A stretch of 64,000 bases of DNA from assembly GCA_964035545.1 (NCBI GenBank), contig OZ037766.1, positions 5,508,722 through 5,572,721 of the forward strand, given 5' to 3'. This document shows, one piece after another, positions 53,108-64,000 of this stretch. The DNA is from Bugula neritina. Lineage: Eukaryota; Animalia; Bryozoa. The position numbers and the translations under genes are program-made. Under the pieces are notes generated by a model that searched no databases, was not told where the DNA came from, and worked only from the letters and a program-made list of their open reading frames with translations. Position 1 is the stretch's first letter. Each line of letters opens with the position of its first letter.

Positions 53108-54556
53108 GGTGAGCAACAAAAGTACAAGGACTAATCGGCTACCTTCAACAATTTTAATTTTTTTTTTAAACTTGGCACCGTGAACACACTTCTGCTAGTT
53201 TTATAACATTCCAATACTGGAAATGCAACATTAAATTTTGCCAAGAACAACTTTACTTAAACAATTAAAAATTACAATTTATATGAATATTGAAAAAAAA
53301 CAGTAAACACTAACACTAACAGTCAAGTTTTAAAATAAATAAATTGATTAAACTTTGCCATCATGGTTATGGTTATTTAATTTTAAATGAATTAAAACTT
53401 GCACAACCTTAACTTACCTTTAGCATATACCAATTATAAACATTATAATATTAGTATTCCTATTAGTTAAATATATTAATTATTATATACATTGTAAAAT
53501 AAAAATCAAAATGTAATGTTACAAATTATAAATATAATAATTTAATAAATATTATAATTATTATAATTTGATATTTTTCTTTTAGTTTTACACTTACAGT
53601 TTATCAATAATATAAACAATGATATTCATATCACTATTTGATGATAATGGTAATCATGATACAGTATACTTAAACTTATAATTACAGTTATACTTTTAGT
53701 ATTACATTTAGTGATTTACTAAGTTCGAGTTGTTTAAATTTCGCACACGACTTTATTTTGTTTATAAACCATGTAGTCCCGCAGTTGACTAAGTTTTGTT
53801 CCGACCTGGAGTAATTACAATGATGATGATGATGATGAACATTTAATTTTTACATTTAATTATTGTTGTCAAAATAAAATATTGTAATTTTAATGCAATT
53901 TATTATAGTTTTAATTGTAAAATTTTTGTTCAAACATTCAACATTTAATGGTATTAAACTATTGGGGGAGTGGGGGGGGCATTGCTAGTTTTACAAAAGA
54001 AAAGGTAACTCCAAATTATTTTACTTAATTCATTCAACCAATTTAAAATTTTCTTGAGTTTAAAACCCACTAACCTATCAGATTTATTTCCAGTAAATAA
54101 AAATGTCAGTTTAAATATATTTATGTCACAAACAAACTAAATAACAAATGATGATATGAGGTCAGATGACATAACTTTACTTATCTTTCATCACGTAATT
54201 TTTTATTGAGACAAAATTCACAAAAACTTGTTTATGTTTTAGCTCTTCAACACTTTCAATACTTTAAAAAGATTATTATGCATAGCCTTAGCCAATTCAA
54301 GTTAGTTTATAAACAACAGGCTATATAATGGTTATAATGACAGCATTGCTAAATGGTTCCAAGGCAAGGCATTATTTTTCCCTTTTAAAGCTGGTGAACT
54401 AATTAAAATCACATGAAATCACATCTCTATGTACTTTTGAACTTATAGCTGGTTGTAAACCAATCAACTAGCACAGACAGTTTTTGTCTCTCTGACTCTA
54501 CTTATATATTTGCATTGTATACCAAATACACATGTTGTGTTATTGTGGAATCAGAT

Positions 54557-57500
54557 ATGACAATTCGGGACAATAGTTTGATCTTCTGTATTATACTTCT
54601 AACTCTCTGCTGCATAGAGGTAATCAACTTTTATATTTCATAGTCTATCACACTCACAGGTAGTTTATTGTTGAGGTAGTTGCAGTAATGGAGAAAGTGA
54701 AAAAGCCTGTGTTCTAGATTAGAAATGTAGCAAAAGAAGCTATATTCTCATGAGAACTTCAACTCAAACCAGAATCTAATAAAAATATTAGGTTATTGAA
54801 ATTTCTTCCTTTCTGATTTTTGTGTTGTTAAGAGCATTTAAACTGTTTATAATATGGTAGTGATATTTTTGAGAAAAGCTAAAATCAAGCTATAAACTAA
54901 AATAGTATGGATTGGAAAAAAATTGTCATCCGAAGATAGAGTAATATAAAGTATTATGTAAATAAAAATACAATATGGCATTATAGCTATAAATGAGTAG
55001 AAAATGCTTGTAATCTTCATTCACCGTAATGGGATGGGAGATGAGCACTTTGTGTGTTGCACTTAGGAGTAGTGGTGGAGAGATTGGTATAGCCTAAGTT
55101 CTTCACTTTTATTATGAAATTTTGATTTGGGGTGCGGGTTGAAATTCTTTCGAGGACATAACTTCTCTTGCTACATTTTTAATCTATAACGCAGGCTTTT
55201 CTCAATTTCTCCATTACTGCACCTACCTCACCACAAGCTGATCATGATTAACCCAATGTAGACCTATCTGAAGGTGATGCTTGAATTGTAGATACATGGT
55301 GTAGCTGTTACAAGCAGCACTAAAAGAGCAGTCTTGGAGGTTAGGTTAGACAGGTACACAAACCCAGATGGCGTGGGTAGCAATGGCGCTTGTTGTGAGG
55401 CCTTTGCCAGTTTCTCAGCTCTTGGCTGTAGAGTGTCCAACTTTGACGGCTGTGACACTAAATTTGATATCACAATATCCCAGTATGTTACTTTATTCTA
55501 AGATTTAATTTGATATCACTGTAACCCCGGATGTAACTTTGTTTTAAGATCTACTTAGCTCTACTTGGTTCATATAAAAGCTTAGTCTGTAATATAGTGT
55601 GATATAGATTTTATATAATATGCAATATAGTGTAATATTTTATGTTATGTAATCTGTAATAGTCTGTGATATATAGGTATGTTACTAAAACTAAAATTCC
55701 TTTGGTAGACATGTAGCTATAGTGTGTTGTATTGTTGTTTGTATAATATTACTATATAGTACAGGTAGTCTTGCTTTTGCACAATATTCCAGTTTATATT
55801 ATAAGTTTATTTATTTATTTATTGTTGATACTGCAGAAAATTAGCAAATGGGGGCAAAGCTGGCCTTAGATTCTACTCAAGTCAAGTGTGGGAGGACACT
55901 AACAGTATAAACTTTGGTAGCTCAATAGGAAATGGTATACCTAACCCCAACACTGTAGAACTCAGCTATTGGGATGCAAGTGTAAGGAAGATATTACTAT
56001 ACAATGTATTTAGATTCCTTTATACCATTTTGATTGTTCATACAGCATGTGATCATAAAATATTGTGTGCAAAACGAATATCACTGTATTTATTATTGCA
56101 GCTTCATATGTTGCTTATTAACTAAAATTTGGATAACCATGTGCTAGTTCAAAGCATGTATTATTTTTCAGAGAGTCTATAATAATAAATATCACCACAT
56201 GTTACCTAGTAATTTTTTCCCTATTAAATATATAATTTGTATGGCGAAGCTCATATGAAGTGCTAATGCTAGACAGTTAAAAGAAGGACATATTTTTAAC
56301 CATATGGCCAATAGACTAAGTGAGAAAATATTTTGTTTATCACACTATAACTGATATTTCATAACTGCATGACTTCTACCATAAATATATGTGTGACTAT
56401 TATAACTAAAAGCCAGGCATAGTTACTAGAATTCAAACATCTTTATGATATGAAATGTAAAGAGCTATGTTTTTCTACTGCTCATTTTGTATGACGGGGC
56501 ACCAGATTTAAAATCAGCAAGTAAGCCAATGCCTCTTTATACCATGCATTTGCAGATAAGTAAAAATAAAATGTTTTTCTACTTTTGGTGAAAACCCATA
56601 CATAGAATAAGCTCTATATTCTATAACATAATTTTTCTCTATAATGTTTATTCAATAGAAATGAATGGAACCATTGCAATTCTATATTGCCGTCTACTTT
56701 TAGTATGGGTATTTAGTGGAAATCACTGTGAAGGATGATGACGATGGTGGAAATGGAGCCGATCTGATTGCTAGATGGTCAAAAACTTACAGACAACTTG
56801 GGGAAGTTTCAAATGCGCTGAATGGAAGAGACGGTATCAGGTAAATTAAAAAATAGTTCCCAGCAGATGTGCATCTTTTATTCCTCCTTTTGTTTCAAGT
56901 ACCCCACTATGTCTTTGCTTTAAATTTGACATCAATACATTTAATGCATGGTAAGTTGATAAAAATATATAACCTTGGGAATAATTTAAGTGCACCCACT
57001 AAATATCTTGGAATTGTGGGGGTGGGTGCTAATAGCCCCTCCTATTTGGAGCTTTTGGTTTAATCTGACATTTTCGAGCCATGAGGGAATTTTTATATTA
57101 TTATCCTTATGTTAACTTAGGACATGAACTAGTTTATCTTCAGAGCTATTAGTGAAGAGTTAGTAAATCTTTAATTGGAATATGCCCTCTTTAGGTTAGA
57201 TATCACTGTGACCGGAAGGTGCAAGACAGGGTATTATGGGACAGACTGTATGACGTATTGTTTACCACAGAGAAACTACAACTGTAATCAGACTACAGGA
57301 TCTAAAATATGCCTTCCTGGTAAATGTCTTACAGCTCACTCCTAGCTTGTAGCCTAGCAGCTTTACTTGAAGCAATTTGATGTGATTTTTGCTTATTTTG
57401 AATATATCGCAGCAATCTAGTGTAATGATTGCAGCCATGGCAAATATTTTTGCATATAAGCTGTAACATATGTATAAGAAATAGTGAAACAGCCTGGGGC

Positions 57501-60500
57501 CTAGGGGTTAGAGCTTTGGCTTATTAAACACGAAGTTCAATTCTCAGTAAAGGCCATTGGTAATTTTAGAACTGGAATCCAGTCATAATTCCTCCTGTGC
57601 TACATCTGAATGCATAACTGAATTAAGTCTTTAACCTGCTTAAAAAAATCCTTTCCATTAGGGATTCTCACAAAGATAGCAACTATAAACTTGCGTGAGC
57701 TATATGTAGAATAAATAATGTGTGATTGCAACCTCGTATTGTTATTGTTGCACAATAATATTAGTTAATAATAACAGTAGGCTACTGTAAGTAGTAGTAA
57801 CGGACTTCTTTCTATAACAGACTGTGTGAGGTGACAATATCATACTCACATTTTTATTACACAGTAATATCTATATAAGTAATGATAAACAATATTATAT
57901 CAGAGCGGAGTGAAGAGTAATTTATTTCCTTTAAGGTTATGAGGGAGAATCCTGTGTAGAGACAAATGAGTGCCTGTCCAACCCTTGTCAGCATGGTGGT
58001 ACGTGTGCTGACAATCTCAACAGGTTCTCTTGTCTATGCCCTCCTGGCTACAGAGGAGTTTATTGCGAGTCAGACATCAACTACTGCACTGCCTCTGCCT
58101 GTAACCATGGTAACTGCGTGGAACAGCAAAACTCGTACAGATGTGATTGTTTTGCTGGATATACCGGTAGACGTTGTGATGTTGACATAGACGAGTGTGC
58201 CTCAATGCCGTGCTACGGGGGCGCCACATGTCTTGACAGTGTGAATGGATTTTCCTGCCTTTGTCCATTGGGTGAGATATTCTATAGCTAGATAAAAAAG
58301 TGTATGAATACTATACTGCTACAACATAATCATCATATACGTAGTAAGATAATTTATATCATATAAGTTTTGAAATGATGTCTACAATATAAAGATGCAC
58401 ATGATTATGTTATCAATCTTTTGTAATTTGCAAGTCAAAAGAATTTGTGTGAACTGCTATGTTTAAACTTGTATTGCACAAATTTTTTCAACTAGTAAAT
58501 GGCAGACAAGTACATATTATTTAGAAATATTGTAAATCATGTTTTAGCATTGCTAGATATGTAAGCTCAACTTGCTAGACAGTCTCACTATTAATTAATG
58601 GCAGCTGCTTTGCTCTCTTATTCTGATTCTCTTTTTTACAGCCAAGTTGTACAAGATAGCCAATCAGAATGCTTGTAAGACAGTCATTGGCCAATGACAC
58701 TGAGTTTGCTAGTTGCTAATCTACTAATACTATAAACCAAATTAATAGTACAAACATAGAAATATAAGCTAGTTGCTATATATCGGCAACATTATTTAGT
58801 ATATTTAATTATTTATTAATAAATATCCTTAAAATATGTGACAAAATGTTGATTTTAGGCTATGAGGGAAGACTGTGCGAGAGCAACCATGATGACTGTG
58901 AACATATTGTTTGTAACAACCAAGGAACCTGCATTGATGAAGTAAATGAGTTTAGATGCAGCTGTACTGAGAGGTTCACTGGGAGGTATTGTGAGGTCAG
59001 TCAGTTTGCCAGTCCTTGTACAAAGTTCAGATCGGCTAACAGGAAATGTGTATCTAAGGCTACAGTTTTGAGCAAATGATGTAATTGCTCTTTGATTTGT
59101 TAAAGTATTATAGCTGTGTGTGAATTATTCTAACAAAGTTGAATAGACATCAGCAACAATGGACAAAGTTGAGTATTATTTCAGACGCTGGTAGATAAAT
59201 GTGATGGGAATAGGTGCAGTGTCCACAGCTCTTGTGTTGAGAATCCTCAGGACCCAAAACTCTACAGCTGTCAGTGTGATGATGGGTATGTTCAACACTT
59301 CATGTTTATTATACTGTGTATAATAATACAACAGTTATCATGCATGATTGAGCAAGATCTATTACCTTATATTACTATATTACTAATGCATATTACTACA
59401 TTACTAAATTACTAATTTATATTAACATATTACCTACTAAATTACTAATGTATTTGATCACTAGACTATATTATAATAATTAATAATGATCGCATCATTA
59501 TATTAGTATATTACTAATGTGTATTATTATATTACTAATGTATATAAGTATATTACTAATGTGTATTATTATATCACTAATGTATATTACTATCAATTAT
59601 TATTATTATTATTATTATTATATTACATATATCAATTATAAATGCATGCGTTGTCTATCTATTATGCACTACTAGAATCTCAAATAAATAATATTATTCT
59701 ACTGGTTTTTCATTGTTTTATATATTATTTTCCCAGGTTTCGTGGAGACTATTGCGAAGACGGATGTACACATCAATGTGTGGGAGGGCATGGTAGATGT
59801 ACCGCAGATAACACAGGAAATCTGGTTTGTACGTGTTTCCCAGGCTATGAAGGTTCAAACTGTGAATTAGACATCAATGAGTGTGAATTAAACCCCTGTG
59901 ATGGTGACATATGTATAGATGAGATTAACAGTTACAGATGTGAGAAAGACGACAAATGTATTAACTCAAACTTTGCTAACCAATTAGCCCAGTCTTTCTG
60001 TAAAGATATAATGGATGGTGACCACTGCGATTCATTAACTCTAGATGCTGGTCAGAAAGAAGACTTCAATGCAGTAATTCAGTTTTCAATGTTTTCATTT
60101 CAATGCAATCTGACCAGATTTTTAACATCACGTATGGATGGATTTAATCAAATTCTAAATGAAACTGACTCATTGCAAATGTGTACTTGGGATCTTGGAG
60201 TGAACATTTCGTGCTTTGAAATTAATTCTACCTCCAAGCATTTTGACTCAAGTACCTACAGTTACTACTTCAACCAATCAGTGAAGGAAACTCAAAGATT
60301 TTCTCCTTCAAGTAACTTCCTTAGCTTTGAGGTGGGTGAAGTCAAAGAACTACTACAACAAATATTGACTTACCTTTCTAGTATATTACCTACAAGTATT
60401 GCAGCATTGCTTTAGAAATAAATTCAAGTTTTAGCAATATAATTAAGAAACAGCAGTTGAGCGTAAAATTGCTGATTCTTTTTTTTGCATTGGTATTACA

Positions 60501-61994
60501 ACTATATGGCCTAATCTGATATACTTTTAGGAAATAGTCAGAAAATACTGGTACTTCCTGGCAGCTGGAAGCCTCGTAATGTTATGCATCCTGGTGACTA
60601 TTATTTGCATCACAAAGAGGTACGTTAAGACATTTAATTGCAGTAAGGGCAGATAGTTCAAGTTCTTTCATTTTCTTTATAAATTTTAGTTTGGGGCGTG
60701 GTTTGAAATACAACAAAATATCATTTGCTACACATTGTAGAAGTAAAAGCAAAGTGAGCCAGTCTAAGGGTATGATGAGTTATCCCCCTCTTCCAAGTTT
60801 GCCTCCATTTGACAAATACGGAGGGGCAACCTACAGCAATCCAGCATTCAATAGTCTTCACTTCTTGTCACTGAATCGTAAAACCTGTGATGGAAGGTAA
60901 TAAATAACAAGTAATATTTATTAGAATAGCTGCTATAGACTTTCATTATTATAACAATTAGTATTGATATACATGCGCTATAACTTTTTTCTGGGAGAGT
61001 AAAGCAGAAAAACCTGTTATGCCCCAATTACACTAATGCCATGTAAGATAAGCTCTGTTTATTCCATTTTTAGGGTCAAAGTATACTATTCACTGCTAAT
61101 CAAATTGTTTTATCCGTCAACACTTTGACAGATTTTTATTCAATATCAGTAACATTATGCTATATGCATGCAAAGCTGAATACTTGTTTGAGCTAAATAC
61201 CATTTGAGCTATCAACTTCAGGCTGAACTATACGATGATACTGAAACACAATGACCCCTGAGAAAAACAAAGTTGTAGCTAATTTTTATAGCCATCACTA
61301 TTATTTTTACAGTCAAGAAAATGATCATATTTATGAAGAGCCAACTAGAAAGCACCCAATGAATGGGAAGAAAGGAGAGACAAACACACATAGTTTAAAA
61401 CACACAGAGTGTTACAGTGAACCTCAAAGGAAACTTTCCACTCTTCCAGATGATAGTGCGATATATGCTAACCCTGATGATGTCCGTACCTTTATACCAT
61501 CTCACTCTGAGCTAAAGAAATTACCATTACCTCCTCTTCCGAAAGTGGAATCAACTGAATATGTCTTACCAACACAATCTTATGAGCCGGTTGATCAGTT
61601 TAAACAACACGGCAAGTTCTGTAAAAACCCTTTATATACATACAGAGAAGCTGATCCAGACTCCCTTACCGCCAGCACCAAGAGTTTTGGAGCTCAAACT
61701 ATGGGTAGTGAATGCATTCAGAAAGAAGAAAAGTTTACACCTGTTAGAGACAGGGCGTTGGCTATGCAGGAAAAGCTGGTAGCATCAGGAAAAACTACTA
61801 ACAGATTCCAACATAATCCACTGTATTCAAAGATGTCTAAGAATTCATCTGATAATGGGAAAAATGATTTGAGATCATTTGCTTCAGAAAAAGAAAGTCA
61901 ACAGTATTTGCAGCCAACTGAGCTGAAAAGTAGATCAGCTGAAAGCAGAAATGATAGAAGACGTATGATAAATCCACTGTACGACACAAAATAA
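54557..61994 (+). CDS. Delta/DSL-family-like type I membrane protein (signal peptide, MNNL/C2-like, DSL-like, ~6 EGF repeats, TM, long Tyr-rich tail)
   Basis: Exons approx. 54557-54619, 55292-55482, 55837-55981, 56704-56841, 57195-57319, 57936-58271, 58859-58995, 59185-59286, 59737-60331, 60531-60619, 60741-60896, 61313-61994. [21 protein letters not shown] (MNNL-like), [40 protein letters not shown] (DSL-like), Ca-[37 protein letters not shown]. Confidence 0.85.
54678..54808 (-). mobile_element. MITE family B, inverted partial copy
   Basis: tgcagtaatggagaaagtgaaaaagcctgtgttctagattagaaatgtagc is the reverse complement of the family-B 3' end. Confidence 0.65.
55065..55224 (+). mobile_element. 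MITE family B
   Basis: Co-linear with 26938-27096; TIRs gtagtggtggagagattg ... caatttctccattactgc. Confidence 0.7.
57490..57700 (+). mobile_element. tRNA-headed SINE, family 2, degenerate
   Basis: Shares ttagtaaacacga-like head, atccagtca.aatt.ctcc and tagggattct.aca with 42466-42665. Confidence 0.55.
59360..59640. repeat. AT-rich degenerate repeat (tattactaatg) and (TTA)n
   Basis: Direct reading. Confidence 0.7.
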
Positions 61995-64000
61995 ATTTTA
62001 TCAAATCCTGACCTCACTTATATCCGCTCTGTCCTGTTCGGGTAAATAAATTTTATCAAATATTGCAGTTTATTCTGTAATGCTATCAGCTTATGAAGCA
62101 ATAAAACATTTTCACTTAGATATCTATTTAATGAATGAAAACTTTATAATATTATCGATGTACTACAATTTTGAAATTAAGACTTTCTTTTTTGGCATGT
62201 AAACTAAATAATTAAAAAAAGTTTTATGCTTGAAAGAAGATAAATTATTTGCATTTGAAAATAATCTATAATCGCCTTCAGACTGGTGGCAATTAGGTGT
62301 CAGACATAAAGGGATGATTTTTTAATTTATTAGAAAACGCATTTTTTTATTTTGCTAGCCATATTTTCATGGTTAGATTGGCATTTCAATTAGGCATGTA
62401 TGTATTTATAGAATTGAATTAATAACTTGACATGCAGTGCGAGATACATTTTATATAACAAGCTAAAAATGTTTATATTAGAAGAAAATATTATGTGAAC
62501 ACAATTTGATTTTATATATCTTTATGTTTTCTAAACTTGGTAGATCCAGCTTTATTTTTCATATATTGAAACAGCAAATTAATTATCGAAACACTATAAA
62601 CTTATATATAGGACTATAAATATACGACGTGTAAAATCCTTAGATTTACAAGATTCTTATACACATAAAGTCTTATAATTTAAAACTCTAAGTTGCCTTT
62701 TATTGACCCAGAAAAAGTTTTGCGGGGTATAATTATGGTGCTACGTATTATTCTAAAGCACTCAGAGTTCTGAGCTGGTTATAGAGCCATGCTTGTAATC
62801 AGAATCAACATAAATATGTACAGATACTAAAATAGCGGTATAAATAAGCAAAATACTTTTTTTTCAAACTTTCAACATCTACTGATGATGACATGTAATT
62901 TCACAGCAGCTGCTGACAGAGTGCTGTACAGTCATCGGGTCAACTGTTTCAATTGTTTATAAATTGGGTGATGATAAACTGTTCATCCTTTACACATGGC
63001 TAGTATCTGGCACATGGTTGCAACATGATGACCTTTGTCAGCACTACAACAATATGAATCAGCTTTTCCGTATAAAAATATTATGCTGTAAAATTTTGTA
63101 AAGGGGAATTATCATTTTCTAAGTTTGTAAGAAACTGGTATCCTTGTGTAAACTACGAAATTTAAAGCTGTTTGAAACAAATATTTTGCAAATATAAGAC
63201 ACACCTAATTACTCAAACGTGTATGCTTTTGGAAAATCATGTTTCTATGACCTATGGCATGATAATATACTTTTTAACTAAAGCTTAGAGACTTGAATTA
63301 AGATATAATTTTGCAATTACTGGAATTTGAGGGCAAAAAATTTCTTTTATGCTAAGACAAAAGTAGAACATTGTTTGTGTAAGCATTTAGCTATTTTATC
63401 ATTTGTGTATTCATAAGAGATAATACGAATTTTAGGCGCTCCAAATTAGTAGACTTTCATTATATTCAAAATTGCAATGCCCTGTTACCTTGGATAGCTT
63501 AAAGCATGAAGTCTAGAAAAATTGCGAAAATTAACGTTTTATAATCTGTACAGTTGCTTTTCATCAATTTCATGAAAAACCTGAATTTACTATTTTAGAC
63601 ACAGGCACAAGTTATTTTACGTTTACCCCAACTTTGTGTTTTAGGTGGTGTTTTGATAGAATATTATTGCAATGTTTGATTTGTGTACTTGTTGATTATT
63701 AAGAACTGCGATCCTGCACGGTCTACAGCCATTGAATTGAAGATAATGTAATCCAGACATGTAAAGCAATCATATTATTCTTACAATATTAAACTTAGAT
63801 AAAATAATTCCTAATGCCGAGGCTTTTATAGTAATTACTCTTATTAGCTTGGAGGTTATAGTATGGCTGGAGGAGTGAGGGGGGACTATGATGCAGCCCA
63901 AGCGTATATTTTCAATAGTATAGAACCAAACAGTAACAAAAAAACTTGACACCTAAATGAAATACTTGTTGCTACACATAAGGCAAATTTATATAGCTTT

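Noticed and set aside
63138-63146. GTATCCTT U12-type donor
   Set aside because: No supportable upstream exon or U12 branch point.
63640-63955. Terminal exon of a minus-strand gene entering from the right
   Set aside because: An acceptor-like site and short hydrophobic frames exist, but frame and product cannot be fixed within the window.

Overview
AT-rich, intron-containing invertebrate animal DNA. It is probably lophotrochozoan (inference from the gene set; species not determinable by eye). I could assemble nine protein-coding genes with GT-AG, phase-consistent exons: (1) 3' part of a TRAF-type zinc-finger protein (+); (2) a multi-ankyrin-repeat protein (-); (3,4) two tandem CDK9 (PITALRE) genes (+); (5) a secreted CAP/CRISP protein with EGF-like and ShKT-like domains and a hydrophobic tail (+); (6,7) two claudin/PMP22-like tetraspan genes (+); (8) CEP70 (-); (9) a divergent Delta/DSL-type membrane protein with an NPxY-rich tail (+). 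Most other listed ORFs are repeat or antisense artefacts. The most informative structure is the CDK9 duplication (~18310-21763 copied as ~21764-27090). It also copied the ATG and signal-peptide exons of the neighbouring CAP gene, leaving them orphaned upstream of CDK9b. CDK9b's short inherited upstream region was then split by a 1956-bp foldback hAT-like element (8-bp TSD; empty site visible in copy a). CDK9b is catalytically intact but carries clustered substitutions and three 6-nt in-frame insertions. A second theme is minisatellites sitting on or beside splice sites, including an array of ten in-frame GTAAGT donors. All gene models were read by eye, so internal exon coordinates may be off by a few bases. 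No CRISPR, rRNA or autonomous transposase was seen.
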